The position numbers and the translations under genes are program-made. Positions 14,789 to 27,595 of a stretch of 64,000 nucleotides of DNA are shown piece after piece (the first letter of the stretch is position 1; each line of letters begins with the position of its first letter). Under the pieces are notes generated by a model. The model was not told where the DNA came from and did no database searches. It worked only from the letters and a program-made list of their open reading frames with translations. The stretch spans positions 9,796,001-9,860,000 of the forward strand of contig NC_088860.1 in the NCBI RefSeq assembly GCF_963853765.1. Reading direction: 5' to 3'. This DNA is from Magallana gigas (taxonomy: Eukaryota).

Positions 14789-16774
14789 TTATGTTCTAAG
14801 ACTCGCAAATCAAATACATATAAAACATCGATACATGGTTACTAAAGAGCACTAATGAATCATTATGCATTGTATAATGCGTCTATGCTTATTGATTTAG
14901 ACGTTTCTACAAAGTGTGGTTCCTGTAATGATAAAGAAAGAAATATATGTATTTATATATTCTCTATTTATCTGTTAAACATAATATATTTCTAGGTATT
15001 AAGTGGCATGTTAAAAAATCAGTCTGGAGAGAAAAGGTGTTAGACTGATGAAAAAATTTTCATCGAGTAAATCGAAGTCTTTTCTTCTCATGTCACATTC
15101 AATCTATCTTGGTTTATGTAATTTTGTTGTGTCATTGGTGTAACATTGATAACTCGCATGTCTATGTACTATATATATAAGTCTTCTTGTATGGTAGATG
15201 TCACATATGGGCGAGAATCGACCGCCCAAAAGATTTTTACTATATTTTTTTTTCACATGAAAAGATTTGACTTCCGGGTCAATAAACTAAGTTATATTTT
15301 GCATGAAGTTGATATTGTTATGTTGCATGCTGACGTTTACATATTGTATATTAGTATAAGATCGTAAAATGTAACTTGTATCAAGCATGCAAAATTGCAC
15401 CACCATATATTTTGTTCTCAACGAGGAGAACCAAAGTCTATCCGCAAAGAGTTTTGCGACTTTTAATTTATTAATTACATGCATGTAGTTCTTAGTCAAG
15501 ACAATCCAGTTGTGAAATTTCTATTATAATAATCAATACATTTTCCTTAGAAAAATGTAATGGTTTTTTTCTTGTATTTTCCCCCTTTCTTTTGTAGTCT
15601 TTCTTCATATATCTTACACATGCCTCCGTAACGCTACTGCCATGCGAGGACGACAGACGGTTTCCACGTGTTTCACCACATTCAGTCACGATTCTTTAAA
15701 TGAAGAAAGGCTTTACTGTAACATGTGTTTGTATATGTTTTCCAATTATATCTACTTTTTAAAGAAATATACTTTATTTGTAATGTTCAAATACAGCTTT
15801 TATTATTATTGTGCATCTAGTTTTGCATGTCATAAATGAAGATACTTTTTATCTGTTTATAGATATATAATATTATTAATTTGTACAAGATATGTGTCTA
15901 CGACCTCAATGGAAACATCCTAACTTAACTTTGAAATTCCATATCGTCTGTTTCGCCCTTTCACAAGCGACAAATAGATATATAAAGAGTGAGATGAAAC
16001 GTCTAATTGTAATTACATTGTTAGGGAAGTTAAATGAACATATATATTGAGTGAACACGACGTTTAGACTATTGCTGAAAATCCCCATGGTGACATTTTA
16101 TATTGGTGTCCCCAAAGGATGTAATTGATATATTTGTATTCCTTGTTGGCATGCAAATGAAAAAAAAATTATCAGGGAAAATTGCAACACTGTGCTAAAT
16201 GATATCTTTGAAATTATAGTGCAGCTTATAACAGTTGAACGTTTAAAATTCAGTGTGCTTATATTTTACCCTCTCAATTCATAATATTATCTTTTGATCT
16301 TTGATATACTTCATTTAATTTTCGAATTAGAGTTTATATAACCCCGTTATCTTTCAGAGAGAACAAAATCTGATCAACTTATTAACAATCGGCTTGATCG
16401 AGATTTAAAAAAAAGTTCTAGAGAACTAAACAGGACATGAAGTACGAAGTGTTGCAACCTTCAACTTCAAACCATTCACTAATGGATTAACCCGTCCCTG
16501 ATAAGCATTATCCCAAAGTAAAACAACGTTATTTTTCTTTTGAAGTGATCTATTGTGATATTGGTAAACCTTTACTGTTCAAAAACATATACATACACTT
16601 AGTATGATACCCTACTGTTATCAATTGAAGCGAATAAATCCTGTTTATATTGGGGAAGTCGAACACCTCAAGAATGTCATGTAAAACGGGTCAATCAAAA
16701 TCTGAAAATAACAACTGAAAGGAGAGACCCCAAAAGGTCATTTATTGAACATTTCATCTGTAAAGCAACACCGA

Positions 16775-16776
<2 letters not shown>

Positions 16777-16836
<60 letters not shown>
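16777..16836. repeat. (TA)n microsatellite
   Basis: TA run. Confidence 0.98.
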
Positions 16837-16840
<4 letters not shown>

Positions 16841-18285
16841 TTAGGCATTTAAAACAGGTCTATATTTGTTGAAACTGTTTCCCGTAATTATTTTATATAT
16901 TTCTATTATTTGTATGGAGAATTTTATTTTCCCGTACTTAATGTATATCTTTATATTATGACGTCATAATCAATTCGGCTACATAACGTAACATAATACT
17001 AGCGTTTTATGACGTCACAATAAGAAATATGTATTCGTATGTACATGTATGTGTATTTGTGTAACTTAGCAACATGTTTTCAAACTCCTGAGATGTGTTC
17101 AGCAGAGAGAGTGCTCGCGAGCGATCGCCAAAATTTGTGTTTCGGAATTTTGGTGAGCGCTCGCTCTGTTGAACACGCCTCTGATGATTTAACGTAGCTC
17201 GCGGGTTTGCTGACGTCACAATAGGAATCGACGTAAAGAGTTGACCGTCATAGTAAACTCATAATTTTTTTTAAAAATGACAAATGAGATATTTAGAAGT
17301 TTAAAAGAAAATATTTTAGAAAGCTTATATGCGGTTTATGACTGTTTATACAAAGATTTATAATATCAAGTGCTGAAATTTTACAGATGTCACATACATT
17401 GTCATATTTTGTTCTATAAAGATAAAGAATGAGTGTCCGTTAGAACTCTTCCATTTAAAGTCATGTTTTAAAATAGAATGTATGCATTAACTTCGCTTTT
17501 TTTTTTACAATTATAACTTCCGTAATCTGTACTACCGATTAAATTCTTAAATTTCTTTTGGCTTGAGATAACTGTTTTATTCGATTACTTACTTATAATG
17601 TCAGTAGTTGCCTGGCATTTTATTTTTGCATTGATTGACTCAGAGTTTCATAAAAACAAAAATAGCAATTTTCTGTATCTTTACAGCCTTACATTAATTG
17701 CATTTGATAACATTCACAATAATGTCTAATAAGCATTTACATGTTCTAAAATGTGTTAAACAGCTAGTCTTGTCAATAAATGCATTTCAATTTTGGTGTT
17801 CTAAGAGGTAAGGAAATGATGACGTCAGGCTAACGTCGTAATGAAAATATAAGGTTTTGAGAAATCTTTTAAATCTTTAAAGTTTTTTTGCCAAAAATTG
17901 GCCGAGAACACATACTGATATTTTTTTATGAATTGATTCATAATTATCTCCTCGGTTTTTGTGTTGAGTATGATTAATTTCGTCTGAATCGTTTAAAAGT
18001 TTGGAGCATAGTTTTGTAATGCGTTTCTCGGTTAAAATGTGCATTTTACTATATATTTCATTGAAATGGCGTTGCTTGATTTTATTAATGACACTGTATT
18101 TGAAACACAATAACATAATTACCGCGCAGACGAATCTTAAATTTTAGAATTAAAACTATAAAACCTATGGATCACGTGGACAAATTTTCAAGGTAGGTTT
18201 TCTCGCAAGCAGGTAAACCCGCGAGCTACCTTAAAATGAAACTAGTTGAGTTTATTTCGGTGTTGTGATTTTTTTCATATAATAC

Positions 18286-18497
18286 NNNNNNNNNNNNNNN
18301 NNNNNNNNNNNNNNNNNNNNNNNNNNNNNNNNNNNNNNNNNNNNNNNNNNNNNNNNNNNNNNNNNNNNNNNNNNNNNNNNNNNNNNNNNNNNNNNNNNNN
18401 NNNNNNNNNNNNNNNNNNNNNNNNNNNNNNNNNNNNNNNNNNNNNNNNNNNNNNNNNNNNNNNNNNNNNNNNNNNNNNNNNNNNNNNNNNNNNNNNN
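18286..18497. other. Assembly gap (N run)
   Basis: 212 N. Confidence 1.
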
Positions 18498-18578
18498 AAT
18501 CATATTTAAATATTATCACAACCTCCAGATCATGGGACATGATATTCACAATCAAAAGGATTGCGTATTCCGATAGAT

Positions 18579-19248
18579 CAGTGGCGTAGCTACCATGTAT
18601 GCTTATATGCCTGAGCATGCACATCATTTGGGGGGGGGGGGGGGGAGGAAGAAACTCAGTAAAAAAATAAATAAAGAAAAAAAAAGAATTCAAGTATTAA
18701 GGTCCATACTTAGTTATCTCTTCAACGGTTTCCGTCACCCGGTCATACTTTATCCGGAATCAATGCTAAACAAAGACGTCTTAAGTACCAAATATAGACA
18801 CGCAATGTGGTCTTACAGTATCATAATTATTGAATAACAGTACACGATGCATGTACCTAATAAGCACATCATTTTAAATCCCCCCCCCCCCCAAATAGAA
18901 TATCACAGCTTTATTGAGATATTCATTAGCATAAACTAGGTGAAAATGAACTTAAGAATAAAAGCTTTGAGTGGGTCAAAAACAAGCGTCAAAAGTTTTT
19001 TCATCTTTTAATAAGCTTTTAAAAGTTTTGTGATTTTATGCCTAAACTATAACCAAAACAATTTTAAGTGCCTAAAAATGCTTAAATAGTGAGCATTCCT
19101 TTCAATTTCTGCGATGATTGTTAGTGTTAAAAATCGTCAGAATTCATGAGCTTTCGGGACCTTCGCCCCCTGGGCCCCCACCAGGCTTCGTCCTGGACCC
19201 ACTGGCAGATTAAGCATGCACTTCGATTCTGGTCTAGCTACGCCACTG
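18579..19248. mobile_element. Non-autonomous TIR element with CAGTGGCGTAGCTA ends
   Basis: A perfect 14-bp TIR (CAGTGGCGTAGCTA / TAGCTACGCCACTG) flanked by a TAGAT direct repeat. Internal poly-G and poly-C tracts; no ORF. Confidence 0.85.
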
Positions 19249-19910
19249 TAGATATATAGTAAAGACCTTAAAAATATCTGTTTTGTTTTTAATGTCAAGT
19301 TTTACAAATGAGTTGTCAAAAAACTGTTTCAATGAATGTCAGAAGAGCAAAATGAATGTACTTTAATCAATACAAATTTCTACAAAATCTGACCCAAAAA
19401 AACCCAACAGAAAACGGTTTTAAAAGAAGTCTTGTTTTCAATGAAATAGATGAGGGGGATGACATATTTTTGGCACGTGAGTGTAAATGAGAAATAAGCG
19501 ATATTTTTGGGGAACAAGGCATGGCTATAATATCCCAGCTAAAAGCAATATTTATGAAAATCGTAAAAAAAAAAAGACGCCAAGCATCTATATAGTATCA
19601 GGTCTTTCCAACAATCTGTATAATAAGCCATCCAAAACATTTCCAAATGATGGGTCTTGTATTAGGACTACTTTATAACAAATATCGTCTGACCGCGTCA
19701 TTTCATTAAACGGTGATTATAACAAATAGTTATTATTGAAACATTGCACCGTGGTTTCCCTCCATCATTAATCTCTAATGCAATATTATTAGTACTATGA
19801 CCTGACAGTGGATCTAGCGCGACTTTTAATTGGTATAATATCTAACATGTCACGACCCGATACAATGATTGAATTCACATACAGGAAACAAATGTCTAAT
19901 GGGATAAATG

Positions 19911-19912
<2 letters not shown>

Positions 19913-19997
<85 letters not shown>
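19913..19997. repeat. Compound (TC)n(AC)n microsatellite
   Basis: A TC run followed directly by an AC run. Confidence 0.98.
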
Positions 19998-19998
<1 letters not shown>

Positions 19999-20887
19999 CG
20001 CAAAAGTAAAAACATGTACACAAGCAATAATTTTTAAAGTTTAGATTAAAATGAATGATTTCTCAATATTGGTTTTATAAGAATGTTATTTATTGTGAAT
20101 TTCATTCCTTTACATGTCTCGTGTCAGGCTCCAATCGGGACCGATTTTAAATGCGATGTCCGACGTAGATAAACATTTCCCCATGCTGTGCGAGGTCCCA
20201 GTGGTCCCATCCCCTATCAAGGCAGGAGACCCTCTAGTGTTAACAATTTTTCTGTAAGAAAATTCCGTATGTATCCCGAGGGAAACTTTACTTATGCGAT
20301 CAATTAAATCGAACAAAAGATTTACCTACTTAAATATTGTGATCTTGGTGAATGAAAATTACAGATGCGGAATTGTATGAAGCTATAACAAAAGCATCAT
20401 TCGGATTACATTTACGGTAAAATTTGCATAATTGTCTTTTAAAATTACGATTGTATCACAATTTGACACTAATCAGTCACTCATAAAAACCTGAGACTAA
20501 ACAAAGATTCATATTCGTGAAGCAATAGCGATACAGAGGCCGGCAGGGGACAAATAAGACAACATCAGTAAACCTACTGTCGTCTTGATTAGTGTTCACT
20601 GTTTAGCCATCATTCTAGAAATTGCAAATCAAGGTAATATACCCAGAAATTGGGTGGAGACCACATCAGATTTTATTTGTTTACATTCATTACGATAACG
20701 TCTGACTCATTAAAATATATTTTAAACTGCGGTGTAAATGTCATTTCGATAAAACTGAAGTAGTTTCTGAGTTTTTTTATTTATATTTTTCATGTTACTT
20801 GCATTTTACAATGTTTTGATGTATATCATGTTTCGGGGAACGATTTCAATCATCAATCCGTGCCAATATGTATAAAACCAAAACAGT

Positions 20888-21333
20888 GGGTGCGTTCATA
20901 GTTTTACCATTGGTGTCAACTTTTAATACACCGTTTGTGCAATTAGATGACAATGGTACCAATTGTACATGTAGCAATAAACCCTGAACAGTTTTGGCAT
21001 ACAAATGCTATTGATTTTACCAATGTTACCAATGGGAGTCCAATGGAAACGTTGGTCATATTGATTGCAGTTTTGTAAACATGTCACACAACAAACATCT
21101 TTTTACAGCCTTAATAAAACAACAACATGTTTATCATAAATTGCACCCAGATCATCATAGTTAAAGGGAAAACCGCTTTCTGAAAACCGGGATCCAATGT
21201 CTTCTTTTTTGCCGCCATGTCGTACCAATACTTTCCACAATCAAGTCTAGATTGTCTGCGGAAAAAAATGTCATGTAAATTTTGAATTTACTGGATGGGT
21301 GTAAATACAAAATTTCCAACATGACAACTTGTA

Positions 21334-21371
<38 letters not shown>

Positions 21372-21495
21372 ACAACATAACAAAAATATACCGTTAGTAA
21401 AAAACATTGCTACCAATGACATGCCAATGGTACATTGTAGTTAATTTTACCAGCAGCAACTTTTGACTACCAACGGCAGAACTATGAACGCGTCC
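20888..21495. mobile_element. Degenerate TIR element with subterminal CCATTGG/CCAATGG repeats (possibly PIF/Harbinger-like MITE)
   Basis: GGGTGCGTTCATAGTTTTACCATTGGT at the left versus ACCAACGGCAGAACTATGAACGCGTCC at the right (imperfect inverted). Multiple ACCAATG motifs inside; TSD not clean. Confidence 0.6.
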
Positions 21496-22901
21496 AATGA
21501 TTTACCTTCTAGACGAAAATAGCTATAGGTGTTTGAGGTAGTTCATTGCACAGTGCAACATGCAAAAAATACAAACAATCTTGTCACCACTTAAGAATGC
21601 ATGAACTACCAATCAATTTGTAAACTATCTTTAAGATCTTTTTTTACCACTCAGAATATTGATCGTGCATAAAAGTGTATAGATAAAGTATTCCTATTTG
21701 TGGAAACAAATATTTGCATGTTGTAATAATTTTTACTGATAAACAGCAATGTCTGTCTTAATGTTATCCCATTACATACTGTTGCCCTTTCATGTCTTTT
21801 TTTAAAATGTGTTACACATAGTCACAAATTATTTCGATACTTTTAGATGATTCTTCTTACGATTAAAGGCTACTTATTATGATATTGAGAAAAAATTGTA
21901 TATGAAAAAACCCGAAATACATATCATTAATACGCTAAAGTGTTAAGGCTATTTAAAGTTTATGAAAAGATGTATGTGGAAAAAAACCGCAATACATCAT
22001 AAAAATTTCTTCACATATTTGAAAAATTGAATTTGTTATATATGAGTGGGGCGTGATTTAATTAGAACTTTCGTTCCCCTAAATTGAATGTGAAAGCAGT
22101 GTCACACGATGGCAGCAGAGTATATTATGGGTAAATATAGCATAAATTACTTACATCGATGAAAGAGGTTTGCTTGTATATAAGATTTTTATTTTTTACG
22201 CTATCAATAAATAGCGATGAAGGCCGCTTGCTATTTTGTATTCATCACTTATCTTTATAACGTGTATTTGCAAGTTAAGATGACAATATACTAGTAGGTC
22301 TATTTGTTCTTTTTTAAATTTTGAATCTGCATTACATTATTTGATCGACTTTGAGAAACTAATGAATAAAAGGTGAAATGCGCGTTTTCTTCGCTATTTA
22401 CCGCGACCATCTCTAATTTGTAATCATTATGTAAACAAAACAAAAAACCGCTTTATATATACTCATATCTATTACTTTCTAGACAAAATAAGTTTGTTAA
22501 ACATGATGATGCTTGTTTCTATAAATTTATCATTAGACATTTTATAAAAAGAGGCCACTTACACTACCTTGAAACGTGACATTGAAGAAGTTTAATATGT
22601 GGACCGAGTGTTATATAGTGAAACCCAATAAAGTACACAAGATTTCCAAAGATATCAACGAAGAAATCGATAATCAAATATTTGATTTTAAAACGAAGCT
22701 TGAAAGAGAAAACAGTCTCATAGTGAATTCAAACAGATTATTGAGGACTGGTTTCATACCTTTTATGTGACATCTCTGCACTTACATGCACATGCATGTA
22801 GACATCGCGTTCATTGTACATACGTATGTGTACTAAGAGATCTATTTTTTGATTGATTGACGTTTCGCAAAGAAAAATTATTACAGACACGAACGGCTTT
22901 A

Positions 22902-23796
22902 TATGGTGGCATATTTCTGCCCCTACAAGCGAGATAAATTATGTCCACATGCAAGATAATTATGTATATATGCAAGAAATTTATGTCTAGATCAACATGC
23001 AAGTTATACATTTTTTTAAAGAGAATCTGATTTTTCATATAGGTAAAATTATTTACTTACGCCCGTATCTGATATCACAGATGCTAGATGCAGCCTGATT
23101 ATGACAAAATAGACTTATTTATGTTGACATGCGACTTAACTTTGTGAGCATGCATGTTAATTATGTTATCATACAAGAAATTTTGGTCAACCTGCGAGAG
23201 AAATATGTTAGCATGGAAGAAATTTATGTCAACATGCTAGATAATTATGTTGACATGCAACGTATTTATGTCAACATGCGAGTTGATTATGTTAACGTGC
23301 AAGATATATGATATTGTCAACATTAGAGATAATTCTGGTTACATTCAAGTTATTTATAGCAAAGTGCGAGTTAACTTGCATGTTGACATAGTATCTTGCA
23401 TGTTAACATAATTAACTCGCGTGTTGACATAAATAAGTCGTATGTCGACATAAAAAAATCACATATCAACATAATTAACTCGCATATCCATATAAATATC
23501 TTGAATGTTGACATGCTAAGTCGAATGTTGACATAATATTCTAGTATGTCAACATACATGTAAATGATAAGTCGCATGTTTTGATAATTATGTTGCATCT
23601 TGCATCGTTGGTGTCAGATATCGGCTTTAGTAAGTGATTCATCCATATAAAAATCACAATCTCTAAAAAGATTTGAAACTTGCATGTTGACATAATTTTC
23701 GTGCATGTAGAAATAATTATCTTGCAGATTGACATCATTTTTTTGCATGCTGACATAATTTATCTTGCATGTAGGGGGCAAAAATATACCACCATA
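22902..23796. mobile_element. TIR element (TATGG...CCATA) filled with about 21-bp ATGTTGACATGCAAGATAA-type repeats
   Basis: About 38-bp imperfect TIR: TATGGTGGCATATTTCTGCCCCTACAAGCGAGATAAATT versus AATTTATCTTGCATGTAGGGGGCAAAAATATACCACCATA. Flanks are GCTTTA and GCTTCT. Confidence 0.85.
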
Positions 23797-23895
23797 GCTT
23801 CTTAATCCGTCATCTTTGCAAACTTAAAGTCATCATATTGCATTTCGTCCTTTGGGGGTACCATTCCAAAAAGAAATCCGTTTTAAGTTATTATC

Positions 23896-24400
23896 TATGG
23901 TGCCATACCTCTGCCCCCTGTGTGCAAGTTATTTTTCTATTAATTATGTCGACACGCAAGATAAATATGTTGACATGCAAGATAGGAATGTCAACATGCA
24001 ACATAACTTTGTTGACATGCAAGAAAACTGCAATCAAATAAGAATTACAAAAAAATCTTTAAAAAATATCAAATATCGCCTATATATGACATCAAAGATG
24101 CTAGAAGCTACCTACATGTATCTATGTCGACATGCAACTTATTTATGTTAACATGCGAAATAAATGTTGATATGCAACATATTTATGTCGATATGCAACT
24201 TAGTTTTGTTTACATGCAAGATAAATATGTTGATATGCAAAATATTTATGTCGACACGCAACTTAGTTATGTCGACATACAACTTATAAGTTCATGTCAA
24301 CATATCTATCTCGCATGTAAACATAGCTAAGTTGCATGTCAACATATTTATCTCGCGTGTCAACATAAGTAAGTTGCATGTTGACATAAATATGTTGCAT
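23896..24400. mobile_element. Second, right-truncated copy of the TATGG/ATGTTGACATGCA-array family
   Basis: Starts TATGGTGCCATACCTCTGCCCCC and has the same repeat units. No right TIR seen before the gap. Confidence 0.75.
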
Positions 24401-24503
24401 GTACAGTACTAGGTACCCATGTTTCCCATACCCATTTCTTAGTAGAAGCCTCTCTATTCAGCGAATTCATGCCCGACAGCGCATCATCCCCCTGAAAGAA
24501 AGC

Positions 24504-24672
24504 NNNNNNNNNNNNNNNNNNNNNNNNNNNNNNNNNNNNNNNNNNNNNNNNNNNNNNNNNNNNNNNNNNNNNNNNNNNNNNNNNNNNNNNNNNNNNNNNN
24601 NNNNNNNNNNNNNNNNNNNNNNNNNNNNNNNNNNNNNNNNNNNNNNNNNNNNNNNNNNNNNNNNNNNNNNNN
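24504..24672. other. Assembly gap (N run)
   Basis: 169 N. Confidence 1.
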
Positions 24673-25729
24673 CTTTAAATAAAAAAAACCACATAACAAG
24701 TGAGCATTTTTGTCATGATCATATCCAACAAGAGGTTTGCATTTGGTGAGGTATATTTCGTGTTTGGCTCAACTATACAATTTTTTATCCAGTCTGTTCA
24801 TCCCTTTATGAATATTTTATTGTATTGCCTATGTTTCCAGATTTTAATATATTTTTGACATAAGGAATACGATTACAAAATAAATAGCGTACTTTAATTG
24901 CAGGGATTAACTAAAATCAATCAATCTCCTCGCTTGCTATTATCGGCCTGCTGGTTCTGTGCCTTAATTTGCATTTTAAATATTATTCTTTGCATTTTGT
25001 ATATTCCATTTAGGGTGTTTTTTAAAAGCTGTATGGATAGCATACAATGTAAATTTATAACACAATAGTGCAACATGTGTTAATGCCGGGACCGATATCT
25101 ATTTGCTGTGTATTGACAAATATTGGATAGCAAAATCTGGTTAACCCGTGAAGGAAAAGCCTTGCAAGAAGAAGTACACATCCTTCAAAAATATTTAATG
25201 ACACCATTTGGGAATTCTTAAGCAAGGCCGTGTCGGATCTTTATGAATTTTTTTCACTTCTGTCATAAATTTATCATGTCAAGGTTATCAAAAGCAATGA
25301 ATATTTTACCCATTAGAATGGATGGGTAATTGAATCGGACTATCCATCAACAGAAGGAGATAAATGGTCTGTTAAAATGGGAAAAGTCACGCTCAATATC
25401 AGAGCTTTTCAGTGTTTCAGAAAGTATTAAGAATAAAGATATTTCACCTAGAAATGCATCCACAAAACATTTTCTATTAATCCACCCTGAAATGTTTGAG
25501 CAATTACAGAGAACAAAGTGAATTCAGTTATGGTTTTCATGGTGGATAAATTCTATCCCAGAGTCATGTTCCTTAAAGACTTTTGAACTTTTCTAATAAT
25601 GTATTTTTTTTTTCAATTTCGTTTCGTCCTTTCTGGGGAATCCTACGCTGTGTGACTTTAATTTCCAATTAAGTGTATTTCCATAGATCCAGTTTTGTAG
25701 TCTTATTAAATCTTTTGTCATCTCTAATC

Positions 25730-27595
25730 TACGGAAGCTCATTGAGGCCAGCTTAGCAGAAAGAATAATTTCTTTTGCGTTTAAACGCAATAATTATTGC
25801 GTTTAATCGCAATCTTTTGCGTTAAATCGCAATATGTTTTGCGTTTAAACGCAAAAGATTGCGATTAAACGCAATAGCTATTGCGTATATACGCAAAGAA
25901 CATTGCGTTTTAACGCAAAGATTTGCGTTTAAAAGCAAAAGTATTGCGTTTAAACGCAAAAAATTATTGCGTTTAAACGCAAAGGTAATATTGCGTTTAA
26001 ACGCAATAATTTTTTGCAAATAAACGCAAACGTTTTTGCGATTAAACGCAATGATTTTGCGATTAAACGCAATAATCGTTGCGTTTAATCAAAAAAGGTA
26101 TTGGGTTTAAACGCAATAGTTATTGCGTTTTATTGCAAAACTGTTTTTTTTTAACATGACTTTTTCTATTCAGACCAAACGAAGAGGTTTATGACATACT
26201 TATGTTATGCTACAACCATCCGTCAATCTGTTTATTAAACGTAATGTTTAATTTCTCGCTTTTCTCGTCGTGCTGTCTCCTCTATTTCTAATTTGTTTTT
26301 CATATTGTTTCTCATAAATCGAATCTAAATTATTCAATAAAATCAAATAGTCCACACATACACTGTATAACTGCCATCCATAATGCTTTATTTTATCATT
26401 GTCAAATGAAAGTGATAATGTTTATTCAATATGACGGACTGATTTGGCATTTATTGTAATTGTTATATCACTGATTTGAATTGGTGATATCACATATTCA
26501 AAAAGTGATAGCATTTATTAGAATAGGTATTATCACCCATCAATCACCTATTTATCTTGTGATTTGAAGAAGGGGTATCACATATTTGAAAAAAGGTACA
26601 TGTATCACTGTTGAGTTTGAATAGATGGAATCACCTATTCAGATAGATGATTTTACTTTTTGAAAAGGTTTTATCACCTATTCAATTCGGTAATATCTTT
26701 GAGACAATAACTAATCATAGTATAGCCATCAATGCAACTGTTTGTGCAAGTTCCATTGTTTTAATTTGTCACACGAATCGACATGCCTCTATTAATAAGG
26801 CCCCTTGGCATAATGCTCTTTGCGAAGGAGTCTTTTCCGTTTTTTCAATTCAACTGTTTCTCACAGTCTAGATACCAAGTATCCGGCAAACAAACATCAC
26901 TGGTGCATCCATCAATTGCCATTTCGCATGTCATCTCTAAGGAAGAATTTGGAAACAAATATAAGCAAAGACTTATTCTCTCTCTTGTATTTATTTATAG
27001 CGCGATCCTTTTTTTGCTTAGAAGTGCCTGATGCTTTAACTTACTATTTCATTATAAGTTATTCCAAGTGAAAACCAGAAACTGAGTCTTTGTGATGTGT
27101 CAAGTGTTGTCATCAAATTACGCACTTGGTACATATACTGAAGTGTATATATAAGCAAATGAATAAACTGCGATTTAACGCAAAAATCATTGCGTTTAAT
27201 CGCAAAATCATTGCAATTAATCGCAAAATTATTGCGTTTAATCGCAAAAATTATTGCGTTTAATCGCAAAAACTTTTGCATTTATTCGCAAAATATATTG
27301 CGTTTAAACGCAATAATAGCTTTGCGTTTAAACGCAATATTTGTTTTGCGTTTAAATGCAATACTTTTGCGATTAAACGCAATACATTGCGTTTAAACGC
27401 AAAACTTTGCGTTTAAACGCAATCCACTTTGCGTTTAATCGCAATACTTTTTGCGTTTTATCGCAATCTTTTGCGTTTAAACGCAAAATACATTGCGAAT
27501 AAACGCAAAAGATTGCATTTAAACGCAATAACTATTGCGATTTAACGCAATATAAACTAATTTATTTACTGAACTGGCCTCAATAAGCTTCCGTA
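25730..27595. mobile_element. 1.87-kb TIR element (TACGG...CCGTA) with subterminal TTGCGTTTAAACGCAA palindrome arrays and 6-bp TSD
   Basis: TACGGAAGCTCATTGAGGCCAG versus CTGGCCTCAATAAGCTTCCGTA (22 bp, 1 mismatch). CTAATC lies directly on both sides. Arrays at about 25776-26140 and 27170-27552. Confidence 0.92.

Noticed and set aside
18226-18693. ORFs containing X runs (also 24399-24749)
   Set aside because: Artefacts of N gaps.
20110-20316. GC-richer patch with a 68-aa minus ORF and a possible + strand acceptor at about 20126
   Set aside because: No consistent acceptor-donor pair or recognisable motif; cannot support an exon.
25776-27552. CRISPR-like appearance of palindromic repeats with short variable spacers
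   Set aside because: Spacers are only 4-8 nt, repeats are degenerate, there are no cas genes, the context is eukaryotic, and the arrays are bounded by TIRs and a TSD.
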